From the NCBI GenBank assembly GCA_964438335.1, contig CAYTKG010000001.1:1-28946 (forward strand): a stretch of 28,946 nucleotides of DNA, given 5' to 3'. Source of the stretch: an uncultured Candidatus Saccharibacteria bacterium. GTDB taxonomy: Bacteria > Patescibacteriota > Minisyncoccia > Minisyncoccales > CAYTKG01. Of this stretch, positions 8,238 through 16,555 are shown in pieces. The stretch's first letter is position 1; every line of letters begins with the position of its first letter. The position numbers and the translations under genes were made by a program. The notes below the pieces were generated by a model. That model was not told the origin of the DNA, searched no databases, and saw only the letters and a program-made list of their open reading frames with translations.

Positions 8238-10094
8238 ATGAGTTTTCTGAAAAATCATCAAACTAATTGGCAATACCTTCTCATGGTGACAGTTTTGGCC
8301 GTTATTGTTGGCCAATGGGCTTTAGAATTGCCAAAAAAGGAAGCCTTTTTGAATAATTTTCCGGGAAGCGGGAAGTTGATAAAGAAAAAAATTCTTGAGC
8401 AGAAAACAGAAACAACTTCCCCGGAAGAGAATAAAATCAGTATTAATGGGGATTTTAATGACAGTCAGCAGTTCAGAAATCGGGTGATAAGGTTTATAAG
8501 AGAAGCGGCCGAGAAGTACCTTGAAGAGAAAGACAGCGATCAAATAAGTTTTTCTTCAAAGGAATTGGAAATAAAAGGCAATTGGAAAGTTGAAGTTAAG
8601 ATCTACCACCAAGGAGAAGTAAAGGGTCAGGCAAGAGAAGAAAATGAAATCTTATCACTGGCTTTAAAAGAAGCGACTGAAGCCGCCCTTAATAATGAAA
8701 AATCCCAGAATTTGACCAAAGAAGATTTAGGAGAACTAAGATTCTTAGTCAAGTTTTTTTATCCTCCCCACCAATTTTCTTTTATTGAATCCAATGGCCA
8801 AGGAAAAGAACTCCTTGGTGATTTGGTTGCTGTTCGAAATTTGGATAAAAACTTGATTTATCAAAAAATTAATGAGGGCAAAGAATTTCTTTATCGAATG
8901 GAACACCAGGACAAACATGGTTTTTACAAAAAATACGATGTTCTTAACGACCGCTTTGAAAATCGATTACACACCGTTTATTCCGCTTCCATTATTTATA
9001 CCTTTTTATATATTTATGACTTGGAAAAGGATTTTTGTTCCGAATTGTCCGAGCCGGGCGAGCATGAATGCGGTCGGGAAATTTTAAAACGTCTGTCCGA
9101 TTGGGGAAATTTTCTTCTTTCAATGCAGAATAGGGATGAAAAAGACGAAAGATACGGCGCTTTCCATTATTCTTATTATTTAGAGACAAAAGAAAAAGAG
9201 AAAAAATTTGTGGTCGGCACCAGCGCCTTAAGCATTTTTACCCTCCTGAGATTATATGAATTTACTAATAATCCTGAATATTTAGAGTCGGCCAAACTGG
9301 CCGGCAATTGGTTAACAACAATGCAAAGACCGGATGGAGGAATGAAATCTTCCGAGACTTATTCTGATGGTCAGTGGTTGACCAATCAGAAGGAATCTTT
9401 GCTTTATGACGGCCAAGTTTTGTCTGCCCTTTCTAAACTTTACAAAGTAACGGGCGACGAAAAATACTATCAAACAGCTAAAAGAATTGCCCAACGTTTT
9501 GTTGATAAATATGAACAAGAAAGGGGCTATATTCAGGGTGAATACCGGGAGAAGAATCCTATTTCCAATTCTTGGGTGGTAATGTCGCTAATGGATTTTT
9601 ATAAAGCAACTCGGGCCTATAATGAGGCTGAAGCGGCGGATCTAATTCGTTACCGAAATATCATTTTTGAGCTGAGCGAGAAAATTTTGAAGAATCAAAG
9701 AGATGACTCAAAGGACCTTCTATATTTCGGTAGTTGGCGGGGCGCTTATTCAACCAGCGGCACCGGCTGGATGACCGAGGTAATGACCGAAACCTACAAA
9801 TTCTGTCAAGCAGAAAGAAAAGAAAACTGCCGTCAGTACAAAGACGGAGTAGTTAGGGCCATTAGATGGCTTATCCAAAATACTTATTCAGAAGAAAACA
9901 CTTTTTTCCTGAAGAATTCGGAAAAGGCAATCGGCGGTGTTTTTTGGAATAGATTAAATAAATATGTAAGAACCGATTCGGTCTGTCATGCCTTGAACGG
10001 TTATGTTTTGATTTTTAATGATTTAGAGGATAACCTGCTTCTTTCGGTGCCTGAAAAACCATTTGGGCAGATTTTTAGCGAGCTAAAAAAGTAA
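8238..10094 (+). CDS. Membrane-anchored protein: AMMECR1-like segment plus (alpha/alpha) helical-barrel (six-hairpin glycosidase/prenyltransferase-like) domain
   Basis: N-terminal TM helix; VKIYHQGEVKG...ALKEATEAAL...LTKEDLGELRFLV resembles AMMECR1; repeated helical units (AKLAGNWLTTMQRPDGG, YGAFHYSY, GSW); ends RTDSVCHALNG. GGAG precedes ATG8238 (alternative GTG8226). Confidence 0.6.
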   Translation: MSFLKNHQTNWQYLLMVTVLAVIVGQWALELPKKEAFLNNFPGSGKLIKKKILEQKTETTSPEENKISINGDFNDSQQFRNRVIRFIREAAEKYLEEKDSDQISFSSKELEIKGNWKVEVKIYHQGEVKGQAREENEILSLALKEATEAALNNEKSQNLTKEDLGELRFLVKFFYPPHQFSFIESNGQGKELLGDLVAVRNLDKNLIYQKINEGKEFLYRMEHQDKHGFYKKYDVLNDRFENRLHTVYSASIIYTFLYIYDLEKDFCSELSEPGEHECGREILKRLSDWGNFLLSMQNRDEKDERYGAFHYSYYLETKEKEKKFVVGTSALSIFTLLRLYEFTNNPEYLESAKLAGNWLTTMQRPDGGMKSSETYSDGQWLTNQKESLLYDGQVLSALSKLYKVTGDEKYYQTAKRIAQRFVDKYEQERGYIQGEYREKNPISNSWVVMSLMDFYKATRAYNEAEAADLIRYRNIIFELSEKILKNQRDDSKDLLYFGSWRGAYSTSGTGWMTEVMTETYKFCQAERKENCRQYKDGVVRAIRWLIQNTYSEENTFFLKNSEKAIGGVFWNRLNKYVRTDSVCHALNGYVLIFNDLEDNLLLSVPEKPFGQIFSELKK

Positions 10095-10100
10095 AAAGAT

Positions 10101-10655
10101 ATGGATTTTTATCTTTTTCAACAAATTAATCAATTAGCCGGTCGGTGGCCGTGGTTGGATGCCTTAGCTGTTTTTTTTGCCAGAGAAAGCGGCTACCTTT
10201 TAATTATTTTTCTTTTTATTTTTTTGCTTTGTCGAAGGAATAAGAAATACAGGATAATGATTGGCGAGGCCATTTTGGCTGCTTTTTTGGCCAGATTTGG
10301 TATTGTTAGCTTGATAAGATTGATATTTTTCCGGCCCCGGCCGTTTGTCAATCACCAAGTTAATCTTCTTCTGGCTCATCAACCGGACGCTTCTTTTCCC
10401 TCGGGCCATGCTGCTTTCTTTTTCGCTCTTTCTTTAGTGGTTTATATTTTTAACAAAAAAGCCGGTTTTTTGTTTTTGGCAGTTAGTTCCTTAATGGGTT
10501 TTGCTCGGGTTTTGGGAGGGATTCATTATCCGTCGGATATTTTTGGAGGAATTCTCGTTGGTCTTTTCTCGGCCTGGTTCGTCACTCAATATTTAAGAAA
10601 TTATGTTTGTCGAATTTCTGACCGGATTTCGAAAAAGATTTCTAATGACGATTAA
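10101..10655 (+). CDS. PAP2-family phosphatase (undecaprenyl-diphosphatase BcrC-like)
   Basis: RPRP, SFPSGHA and ARVLGGIHYPSD motifs. Confidence 0.92.
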   Translation: MDFYLFQQINQLAGRWPWLDALAVFFARESGYLLIIFLFIFLLCRRNKKYRIMIGEAILAAFLARFGIVSLIRLIFFRPRPFVNHQVNLLLAHQPDASFPSGHAAFFFALSLVVYIFNKKAGFLFLAVSSLMGFARVLGGIHYPSDIFGGILVGLFSAWFVTQYLRNYVCRISDRISKKISNDD

Positions 10656-10736
10656 GCCGATCCGAAGAAGAAAATGTGGTAAAATAAAAGGAGAGTTGTA
10701 AGGGGTTATGATCAAATTTAATAATTAAATGAACAA

Positions 10737-11203
10737 ATGTCCCCAAGATTTATCTTGCTTGTTGTTATGGTAGGTGCGGTGATGCTCGTCGGCGGCTTAA
10801 GTTATTGGCTTTTTAAATTAACATTAGCGCCTTAAGACGAAACCTCAATTTTTATGGAAGAATTAAGAGAGAAGACCGGAGTAGAATTTTCCAGAACTCA
10901 AATAGTTGAATTTAATGGAACATTAGAAAGAACGGAGAGATTAAAGAAATAACGATTCAAAGGGCTGGCTTCAGCGCCAAGAATGTTTCGATTGACCAGC
11001 GGGCAAAAATCGAGGCCTTTTTTGAAGAAAGAGGTTTTCAGAAAGACGTTTATAATCTTGCCGCCGGAACAATCGCCGGCCTTACCGGCTACAAGAAAGA
11101 CGATTTTGTTTGTTTAATAAAAAAAAGAAGCCGGCTTGACAGATGGGGGAGGCCCTTGGCTACGGGTGAAAGAGATATAGAAATAAAGTGCGGTCAAGAT
11201 TAA
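10737..11203 (+). pseudogene. Disrupted membrane-anchored hypothetical protein (stop at 10833-10835, frameshift near 10914-10916)
   Basis: MSPRFILLVVMVGAVMLVGGLSYWLFKLTLAP*DETSIFMEELREKTGVEFSRTQIVEF, then a frame change to WNIRKNGEIKEITIQRAGFSAKNVSIDQRAKIEAFFEERGFQKDVYNLAAGTIAGLTGYKKDDFVCLI...IEIKCGQD*. Confidence 0.75.
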
Positions 11204-11287
11204 AATTCGTTAAAGTTTTTGACCCAAGGGTCCAAACTTTTTACTGGCCGCTTTTTGTGTCGTTTTAGAAAAACAAATTGGAATCAA

Positions 11288-12235
11288 ATGAGAAAAAGAA
11301 AAGAAAAAATACTTTTAGGAGAAAAGGAGATGATTTTAGAGAATTTAGAGAGGGGAATGCTTTTCAGAAAATACGTTATCTGGGGAATACTCCTTCTCTT
11401 TTTGGTCATTAAACTTGTCTTTAAACCATTTCCTTATTACTATTTAGGCCTTTTTTCTTTTCTTTTTGCTTTTTCTTTGGTTTTTCCTTTGGCAATCTGG
11501 ATTAAAAAACGTCCTTTTCTCAATGCCGACCAAATTCGATTAATTTTAGTTTGTCTTTTTATTTTTGAACTTATAACCTTTTGTTTCCTTCTTATTCTTT
11601 TTCTTCCCATTGCCGTTTACTACCGAGTTTATATCGGTTTTCTCTCTATTCCTATTTTTACTTTTTATTCGGTTTGGATCTATCCCTTTTTGCTTTCAAG
11701 AAAATACAGTGATTTCTTCTATATTATTTCTTTTATTCTTCTGATTACTCTTTCGGTTTTGGAGCAAAAGGGCATTTATCCCTCTTATCCTAATTACCCA
11801 ACCCATCGGGGAGAGATTTTTCCTCTGTATTTTTTAGTTATGCCGATAGCTATTGGCGCTTTAACCCTATTTCTTTTTAGAAGCACCATGGATCATTTTT
11901 GGAAGCGGTTTATTGATTTAAACTTTGAGTTAAGAAAATTAAGCCGGGAATTGGAAAAGAAAGTTCAAACAAGAACCAGGGAATTAGAAGGAAAAACAGA
12001 AGAATTGGAAGAGGCAAGAAAGATTTTGGAAGTGAAGGTTCAAGCTAGAACCAGAGAATTAGAGGAATTGGCCCAAAAGAGAGAAGAGATTATTAAAGAA
12101 AGGACCAAAGAGCTGCGCAAGAAAATTAAAGAATTGGAAAAGTTTTATAAGGCGACCGTAGGCCGGGAGTTAAAAATGATTGCCCTAAAAAAGGAAATCG
12201 CTAAATTAAAATCAAGATTGGAAAGCGGGGGATGA
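11288..12235 (+). CDS. Multi-TM sensor-like protein ending in tandem signalling-helix coiled coils, no kinase domain
   Basis: About 6 TM segments, then VQTRTRELE / VQARTRELE / IKERTKEL and ELEKFYKATVGRELKMIALKKEI. Start uncertain (11219 TTG, 11288 or 11329 ATG). Confidence 0.75.
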   Translation: MRKRKEKILLGEKEMILENLERGMLFRKYVIWGILLLFLVIKLVFKPFPYYYLGLFSFLFAFSLVFPLAIWIKKRPFLNADQIRLILVCLFIFELITFCFLLILFLPIAVYYRVYIGFLSIPIFTFYSVWIYPFLLSRKYSDFFYIISFILLITLSVLEQKGIYPSYPNYPTHRGEIFPLYFLVMPIAIGALTLFLFRSTMDHFWKRFIDLNFELRKLSRELEKKVQTRTRELEGKTEELEEARKILEVKVQARTRELEELAQKREEIIKERTKELRKKIKELEKFYKATVGRELKMIALKKEIAKLKSRLESGG

Positions 12236-12245
12236 TTTTGGTGAT

Positions 12246-12280
12246 AAAAAAAAGAAGTCCCGTGGTTCTCACGGGGCTTC
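12246..12280 (-). terminator. Terminator hairpin between convergent genes
   Basis: GAAGTCCCGTG-GTTCT-CACGGGGCTTC preceded by A8 on the + strand (a T-tract for the - strand gene). Confidence 0.65.
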
Positions 12281-12297
12281 GTGATTTCAAGACTGAC

Positions 12298-12489
12298 TTA
12301 ACGTTTAAATCTTTGGGCTCTTCTTTTAGACCAACAATCTTTACAATAAACCGGTCTGTCCGGGTCTGGTGTAAAAGGAAGTTCGGTAATTTCTTTGCCG
12401 CAATCAGCGCATTGCCAGTTTCCTTTTACCATTTCTCGTGAAGAGAAGCTTTTTTTCTCTACTCCTTCTTTGATTCTTTTGAAAATCAT
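12298..12489 (-). CDS. CxxC-x17-CxxC zinc-ribbon domain protein
   Basis: WQCADCGKEITELPFTPDPDRPVYCKDCW has exactly 17 residues between the CxxC pairs. ATG at 12489 (alternative 12432). Confidence 0.9.
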   Translation of the reverse strand: MIFKRIKEGVEKKSFSSREMVKGNWQCADCGKEITELPFTPDPDRPVYCKDCWSKRRAQRFKR

Positions 12490-12602
12490 AATCAATTTAA
12501 TTAACGATGATTCAAAATAAAAGCGACCTTGATGACTTTCTAAGTCGCTATCCTTTGACTTCAATAAAGCATTAAAGTTTAGCGCCTCGACTTAGGAGGT
12601 CT
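12490..12602 (-). promoter_or_regulatory. Structured 5' leader (candidate cis-regulatory RNA) of the zinc-ribbon gene
   Basis: Hairpin CCUC-[CUAAGUC]-GAGG, hairpin ACUUUAAU/AUUGAAGU, downstream GACUUAG complementary to the first loop, and an alternative helix AGCGACUU/AAGGUCGCU. Confidence 0.45.
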
Positions 12603-12608
12603 GAATTT

Positions 12609-12637
12609 ATTATACTTTTATTAATGACAAAGCGCAA
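12609..12637 (-). promoter_or_regulatory. Sigma70 promoter of the zinc-ribbon gene
   Basis: TTGCGC (12637-12632), 17 bp, TATAAT (12614-12609). Confidence 0.6.
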
Positions 12638-12659
12638 GTTTATTATAAATTTTAATTTA

Positions 12660-12668
12660 TGTTAAAAT
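12660..12668 (+). promoter_or_regulatory. Extended -10 element for the alpha/beta hydrolase gene
   Basis: TGtTAAAAT 22 nt before the ATG. TGnTAAAAT also occurs at 3170, 3227, 10677 and 26486, each upstream of a + strand gene. Confidence 0.5.
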
Positions 12669-12690
12669 AAAAAACAGTTAAAATAAGAAG

Positions 12691-13509
12691 ATGACAAGCA
12701 AAAAGATAAAAATAAGAAAGAACTTAAAATTGAATGTTTTTGATTCTTCTTTTGAGAAACAATATCGAACCAGAAAAACGATTATTTTTGTCCACGGCGG
12801 CGGCGGTTCGCTTGCCAATTGGAAATATCAGCTTTCTTATTTTTCTCAAAAATACAGAACGATTGCTTATGACTGGAGAGGCTGCAGGGCCTCTGATCGA
12901 GCTTCAAGCTATACTTTTGATGATCACTATCAAGATTTTCTTGCTCTTTTGAAAATGCTTAAAATTCCAAATGATTTTGTTTTAGTGGGACACAGTTATG
13001 GTTGTTTAATTGGCCAAAGATACACAAGCGAACATCAAGTTAAGAAATTTGTTAATTCCTGTTTTGGTTTAACCATTAGAAAAGTCGGTTGGCTTCAATT
13101 GCCGGATTTACCCGGTTTTTTAAGAAAGCCGCTTTACAAACGCCTTGTTCTTTCCGGAAATCCAATTTTAGCCAAGAGATTTTTGGCTTCGCCAAGCACT
13201 CCTCTTCAGAGGATAAAAGAACTTTTAGAGGAAAACAAGATTCCGTCTTTAGAATTCTTTCTGGATTTAAAAACGTTTCGGGAAGGAGAAAGGACGGTCT
13301 CGGAATGGATAAGCGGTTATCAGGGGGAGATGCTGGTGGTTGGCGGCGACCAAGATAGAATTGCCACTCTTGAAGGGCTGGAACGGTTAAGGCAATTGGT
13401 TCCCCGGGCAAGGTTGGAAATTGTGGAAAACACCGGCCATCTCACTCCTTATGAAGCGCCTGACCGGTTTAATAAATTGATTGAGAATTTTATTGAAGAA
13501 GGTTTTTGA
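12691..13509 (+). CDS. Alpha/beta-fold hydrolase
   Basis: FVHGGGG oxyanion loop, VGHSYG nucleophile, GGDQD acid and TGHL catalytic His. Confidence 0.92.
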   Translation: MTSKKIKIRKNLKLNVFDSSFEKQYRTRKTIIFVHGGGGSLANWKYQLSYFSQKYRTIAYDWRGCRASDRASSYTFDDHYQDFLALLKMLKIPNDFVLVGHSYGCLIGQRYTSEHQVKKFVNSCFGLTIRKVGWLQLPDLPGFLRKPLYKRLVLSGNPILAKRFLASPSTPLQRIKELLEENKIPSLEFFLDLKTFREGERTVSEWISGYQGEMLVVGGDQDRIATLEGLERLRQLVPRARLEIVENTGHLTPYEAPDRFNKLIENFIEEGF

Positions 13510-13556
13510 ATCTTTTTTAGCAAGGTCGATTCTAAAAATAAAAAATTTTATTTGCC

Positions 13557-14084
13557 ATGGAACAACTACACCCAAAAGCAGTCTGGTTATTCTTTTTTCA
13601 GTCCCTTTTGCGCTTTGCTATTCTGGCATTCTTTTTTGGGCCCTTTTTGGTGATTCCTTGGATAGCAAATTTAGGTTCTCCCGAAACGTTGCCTTTTTTT
13701 CCCTTTGAATGGTTATTGGCTCCGGCTTTCCTTTTTGGCGCTATTTTTTGTTATATTGGTTTTTCCTATTTTTGGGCCAAATTAACTTATCGTAACTGGC
13801 GCTACCAGTTGACCGAAAACGCAATCAAGATAGAAAAAGGAGTTATCTTGAAGAAATATATTTCTATTCCTTACGAAAGAGTTCAGAATGTGGATATTTA
13901 CAGGGGTGTTTTTGCCAGAATTCTTGGTTTAAGCGATCTTCAAATTCAAACTGCCGGTTATTCTGTTTCGGGAAAGTACGGGTCTGGAACCGAGGGCCGG
14001 CTTCCCGGTCTTGATCCTCAAAGGGCAGAGCAATTAAGAGAAGAGCTGGTAAGAAGGATTCGAGGAAAAGATCAGGGGCTGTAA
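13557..14084 (+). CDS. YdbS-like membrane protein with bacterial PH (bPH_2) domain
   Basis: Two TM helices, then WRYQLTENAIKIEKGV...IPYERVQNVDIYRGVFARILGLSDLQIQTAG. Confidence 0.9.
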   Translation: MEQLHPKAVWLFFFQSLLRFAILAFFFGPFLVIPWIANLGSPETLPFFPFEWLLAPAFLFGAIFCYIGFSYFWAKLTYRNWRYQLTENAIKIEKGVILKKYISIPYERVQNVDIYRGVFARILGLSDLQIQTAGYSVSGKYGSGTEGRLPGLDPQRAEQLREELVRRIRGKDQGL

Positions 14085-14115
14085 TGATTTTAATTAAAAA
14101 TTAAGCGCAAAGAGA

Positions 14116-15744
14116 ATGATGGCTAAGAAAACTTTGGCGACAATTTTAGTTATTGGGGGGATTCTTTTTTCCTCAGTTTTTAGTTATCGGTTTCTTTTAA
14201 AGTCTCAAAAGCCGCTTTTTGAAACCGCTGTTATCAAGAAGGGAAATATTTTTCAAGAAGTTTTAGCCACCGGTCAGGTAAAAAGAGGCGAAGAAATTTC
14301 CCTTGCCTTTAAAGATACGGGTAGAATTGAAAAGATATTTGTAAAAGTAGGGGAGGTGGTGGAAGCGAATACTCAATTGGCTAAACTTGAAACTACAGAA
14401 CTTGAAATTCAACTTAAAGAGGCCCGGGCCAATCTGACTGTTTCCCGGGCCGAACTTGAAAAATTATTGGCCGGAGCCACCAAGGAAGAAATCGATTTAA
14501 CCAAAGCTCAAGTGGATAGCGCCGAAACGGCTTTAAGAAAAGCAGAGCAGAATTTGACTGATAAACAAATCAATGCCCAAGAAGATCTTAAGAATGCTTA
14601 TCAAGACGCCCTAAACACGTTGGAAGATTCCTACCTGAAACTTTATAACGCCCAGAATACGGTTGATTTAATTCAACGGACTTATTTTGTTGTTTATGAT
14701 CAGGATGGTCTCGATGTTCAAGAAAACAAGGCGAGAATAGAAAAAGCAACGGCTCGAGCAAAAGATTATCTTGATGCGGCTAAAAATTCCTTTGAGGACA
14801 GAGATATCGAAACGGCTCTTTCCGAAATGAAAAGGGCTTTAGAAACCGCTTCTGAATCTTTAAGAATCGTTCGGGAAATATCGGAAAAACCGGCTTATCG
14901 CTCCCTTGTTTCTGCCGGCGACAAAACTTCGTTGGATAATCAGCGTTCTTATGTTACTACCGCCTTGACTAATACGGTCAATGCCCAACAGACAATTTCT
15001 TCTACTAAGGCCAATAATGGGTTGATTCTTAACGCGGCTAAAGCTGATGTTTCTTTGGCCGAAAAAACTTTGGAAGAAGCCAAAAGAAGCTTGGCCAAGG
15101 TGATGGCCTCGCCTCGCCAAGAAGACATCGATTTATGCCAAGCCAAAGTAGAACAGGCGGAAGCCCAAGTGATTCTTTTGGAAAACAAAATTAAAGAAGC
15201 AGTTCTAAGGGCCCCGGTCAAGGGTCAGATAACAGAGATAGATAAGAAAGAAGGAGAGATGGTTCAGGTTTTATCTCGGGTAATTTTTTTAATTCCTCAA
15301 AAACCTTTTCAAGTTGAAGCAGATATTCCTGAGGTTGATATTGGCAAGATTGATTTGGGCGATTCTTCAAAGATTGCCCTTGATGCTTTTGGAGAAGAAG
15401 AATTTTCGGGGAAAGTAATTGAGATTGATCCGGCCGAAACAATTATCCAGGGGGTGGTTTATTACCGGGTGAGAATTTCTTTGGATACCGAGGAAGAAAA
15501 GATAAAACCGGGAATGACGGCTAATGTGATTATTGCCGCCCATTCAAAACAAAATGTATTGGTTTTGCCCCAAAGGGCGGTGATTGAAAAAGGAGGAAAA
15601 AAGTTTGTCAGGGTGCCGATTGATAATAAAAATTTCAAAGAAGTTGAAATTAAAACAGGTCTGCGAGGAAACGGGGGGGAGGTTGAAATTATAGCCGGCT
15701 TAGAAGAAGGGGACAAAGTCATCACTTTTCTTAAAGAAAAGTGA
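14116..15744 (+). CDS. MacA/HlyD-family efflux adaptor subunit with a very long alpha-helical hairpin
   Basis: N-terminal TM; GRIEKIFVKVGEVVEANTQLAKL lipoyl half; long coiled coil; LRAPVKGQI; KIKPGMTANV; EVEIKTGLRG...EIIAGLEEGDKV. Confidence 0.9.
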   Translation: MMAKKTLATILVIGGILFSSVFSYRFLLKSQKPLFETAVIKKGNIFQEVLATGQVKRGEEISLAFKDTGRIEKIFVKVGEVVEANTQLAKLETTELEIQLKEARANLTVSRAELEKLLAGATKEEIDLTKAQVDSAETALRKAEQNLTDKQINAQEDLKNAYQDALNTLEDSYLKLYNAQNTVDLIQRTYFVVYDQDGLDVQENKARIEKATARAKDYLDAAKNSFEDRDIETALSEMKRALETASESLRIVREISEKPAYRSLVSAGDKTSLDNQRSYVTTALTNTVNAQQTISSTKANNGLILNAAKADVSLAEKTLEEAKRSLAKVMASPRQEDIDLCQAKVEQAEAQVILLENKIKEAVLRAPVKGQITEIDKKEGEMVQVLSRVIFLIPQKPFQVEADIPEVDIGKIDLGDSSKIALDAFGEEEFSGKVIEIDPAETIIQGVVYYRVRISLDTEEEKIKPGMTANVIIAAHSKQNVLVLPQRAVIEKGGKKFVRVPIDNKNFKEVEIKTGLRGNGGEVEIIAGLEEGDKVITFLKEK

Positions 15745-15746
15745 GG

Positions 15747-15873
15747 ATAAATTCCAAATCTCAGATTCTAAAATCCAAATAAATTCCAAATCTTAGATTC
15801 TAAACGGTTTAGAGTTTTAGTCATTGGAATTTAAATTATTATTTGTTATTTGGTGCTTGCGATTTGGAAGTTT
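15747..15873. repeat. Intergenic direct+inverted repeat element (AATTCCAAAT / ATTTGG type)
   Basis: 26-bp direct repeat (15747-15772 vs 15779-15804, one mismatch), central palindrome TCTAAAC-G-GTTTAGA (15799-15813), and right arm GATTTGGAAGTTT complementary to left AAATTCCAAATC. Confidence 0.75.
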
Positions 15874-15881
15874 AATTACTT

Positions 15882-16553
15882 GTGATTAAGGTTCGCGATT
15901 TAAGAAAAATTTATTCTGGCGCCGTCCCCACCGTGGCTATCGATGGGGTCTCTTTTGATATTCAAGAGGGAGAATTTGTAGCCATTATGGGTCCCTCGGG
16001 TTCGGGCAAATCAACTCTAATGCATATTTTGGGTTTTTTAGACAAGCCCACTTCGGGAAGTTATCAATTTTGGAATCGGGAGATTTCAGAATTTTCCGAA
16101 CAAGAAATGGCTAAAATTAGAAATAAGAAAATAGGGTTTGTTTTTCAGATGTTTAATCTCTTACCGAGGTTGAATATTTTAGAAAACATAGAGTTGCCCC
16201 TTCTTTATTCAGGGATTACAAAATCAAAAAGAAACGAATTGGTGATGAGGGCGATTGAAGAAGTTTCTCTTTCTCATCGGCTTTCTCATTTTCCCAATCA
16301 GCTTTCCGGCGGCGAGCAGCAAAGAGTGGCTATTGCTCGGGCCTTGGTTAATGACCCGGCGGTGATTTTTGCTGACGAGCCCACTGGTAATTTAGATTCG
16401 GAGTCCGGCCAGCGAATTTTAGATATTTTTCAGAATTTAAACCAAAAAGGCCGGACTATTATTTTAGTTACTCATGAAGAGCAGATTGCCAAAAGAGCCA
16501 GACGCATTTTGTATTTGGTTGACGGAAAATTAATCAAAGACGAACTGAAATAA
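15882..16553 (+). CDS. ABC transporter ATP-binding protein (MacB/LolD-like)
   Basis: [40 protein letters not shown]. Confidence 0.95.
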   Translation: MIKVRDLRKIYSGAVPTVAIDGVSFDIQEGEFVAIMGPSGSGKSTLMHILGFLDKPTSGSYQFWNREISEFSEQEMAKIRNKKIGFVFQMFNLLPRLNILENIELPLLYSGITKSKRNELVMRAIEEVSLSHRLSHFPNQLSGGEQQRVAIARALVNDPAVIFADEPTGNLDSESGQRILDIFQNLNQKGRTIILVTHEEQIAKRARRILYLVDGKLIKDELK

Positions 16554-16555
16554 AA

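Noticed and set aside
209-10835. Stop-codon recoding as the explanation for in-frame TAA codons (209, 10833), or code 25 (TGA=Gly)
   Set aside because: TAA, TAG and TGA all end intact, full-length genes here (e.g. tyrS TAA, secF TAG, alpha/beta hydrolase and adaptor TGA), and the 10737 locus also has a frameshift.
60-15873. CRISPR array or insertion sequence among the repeats
   Set aside because: Every repeat has only two copies with no unique spacers, and there are no cas, transposase or integrase genes or terminal inverted repeats with target duplication.
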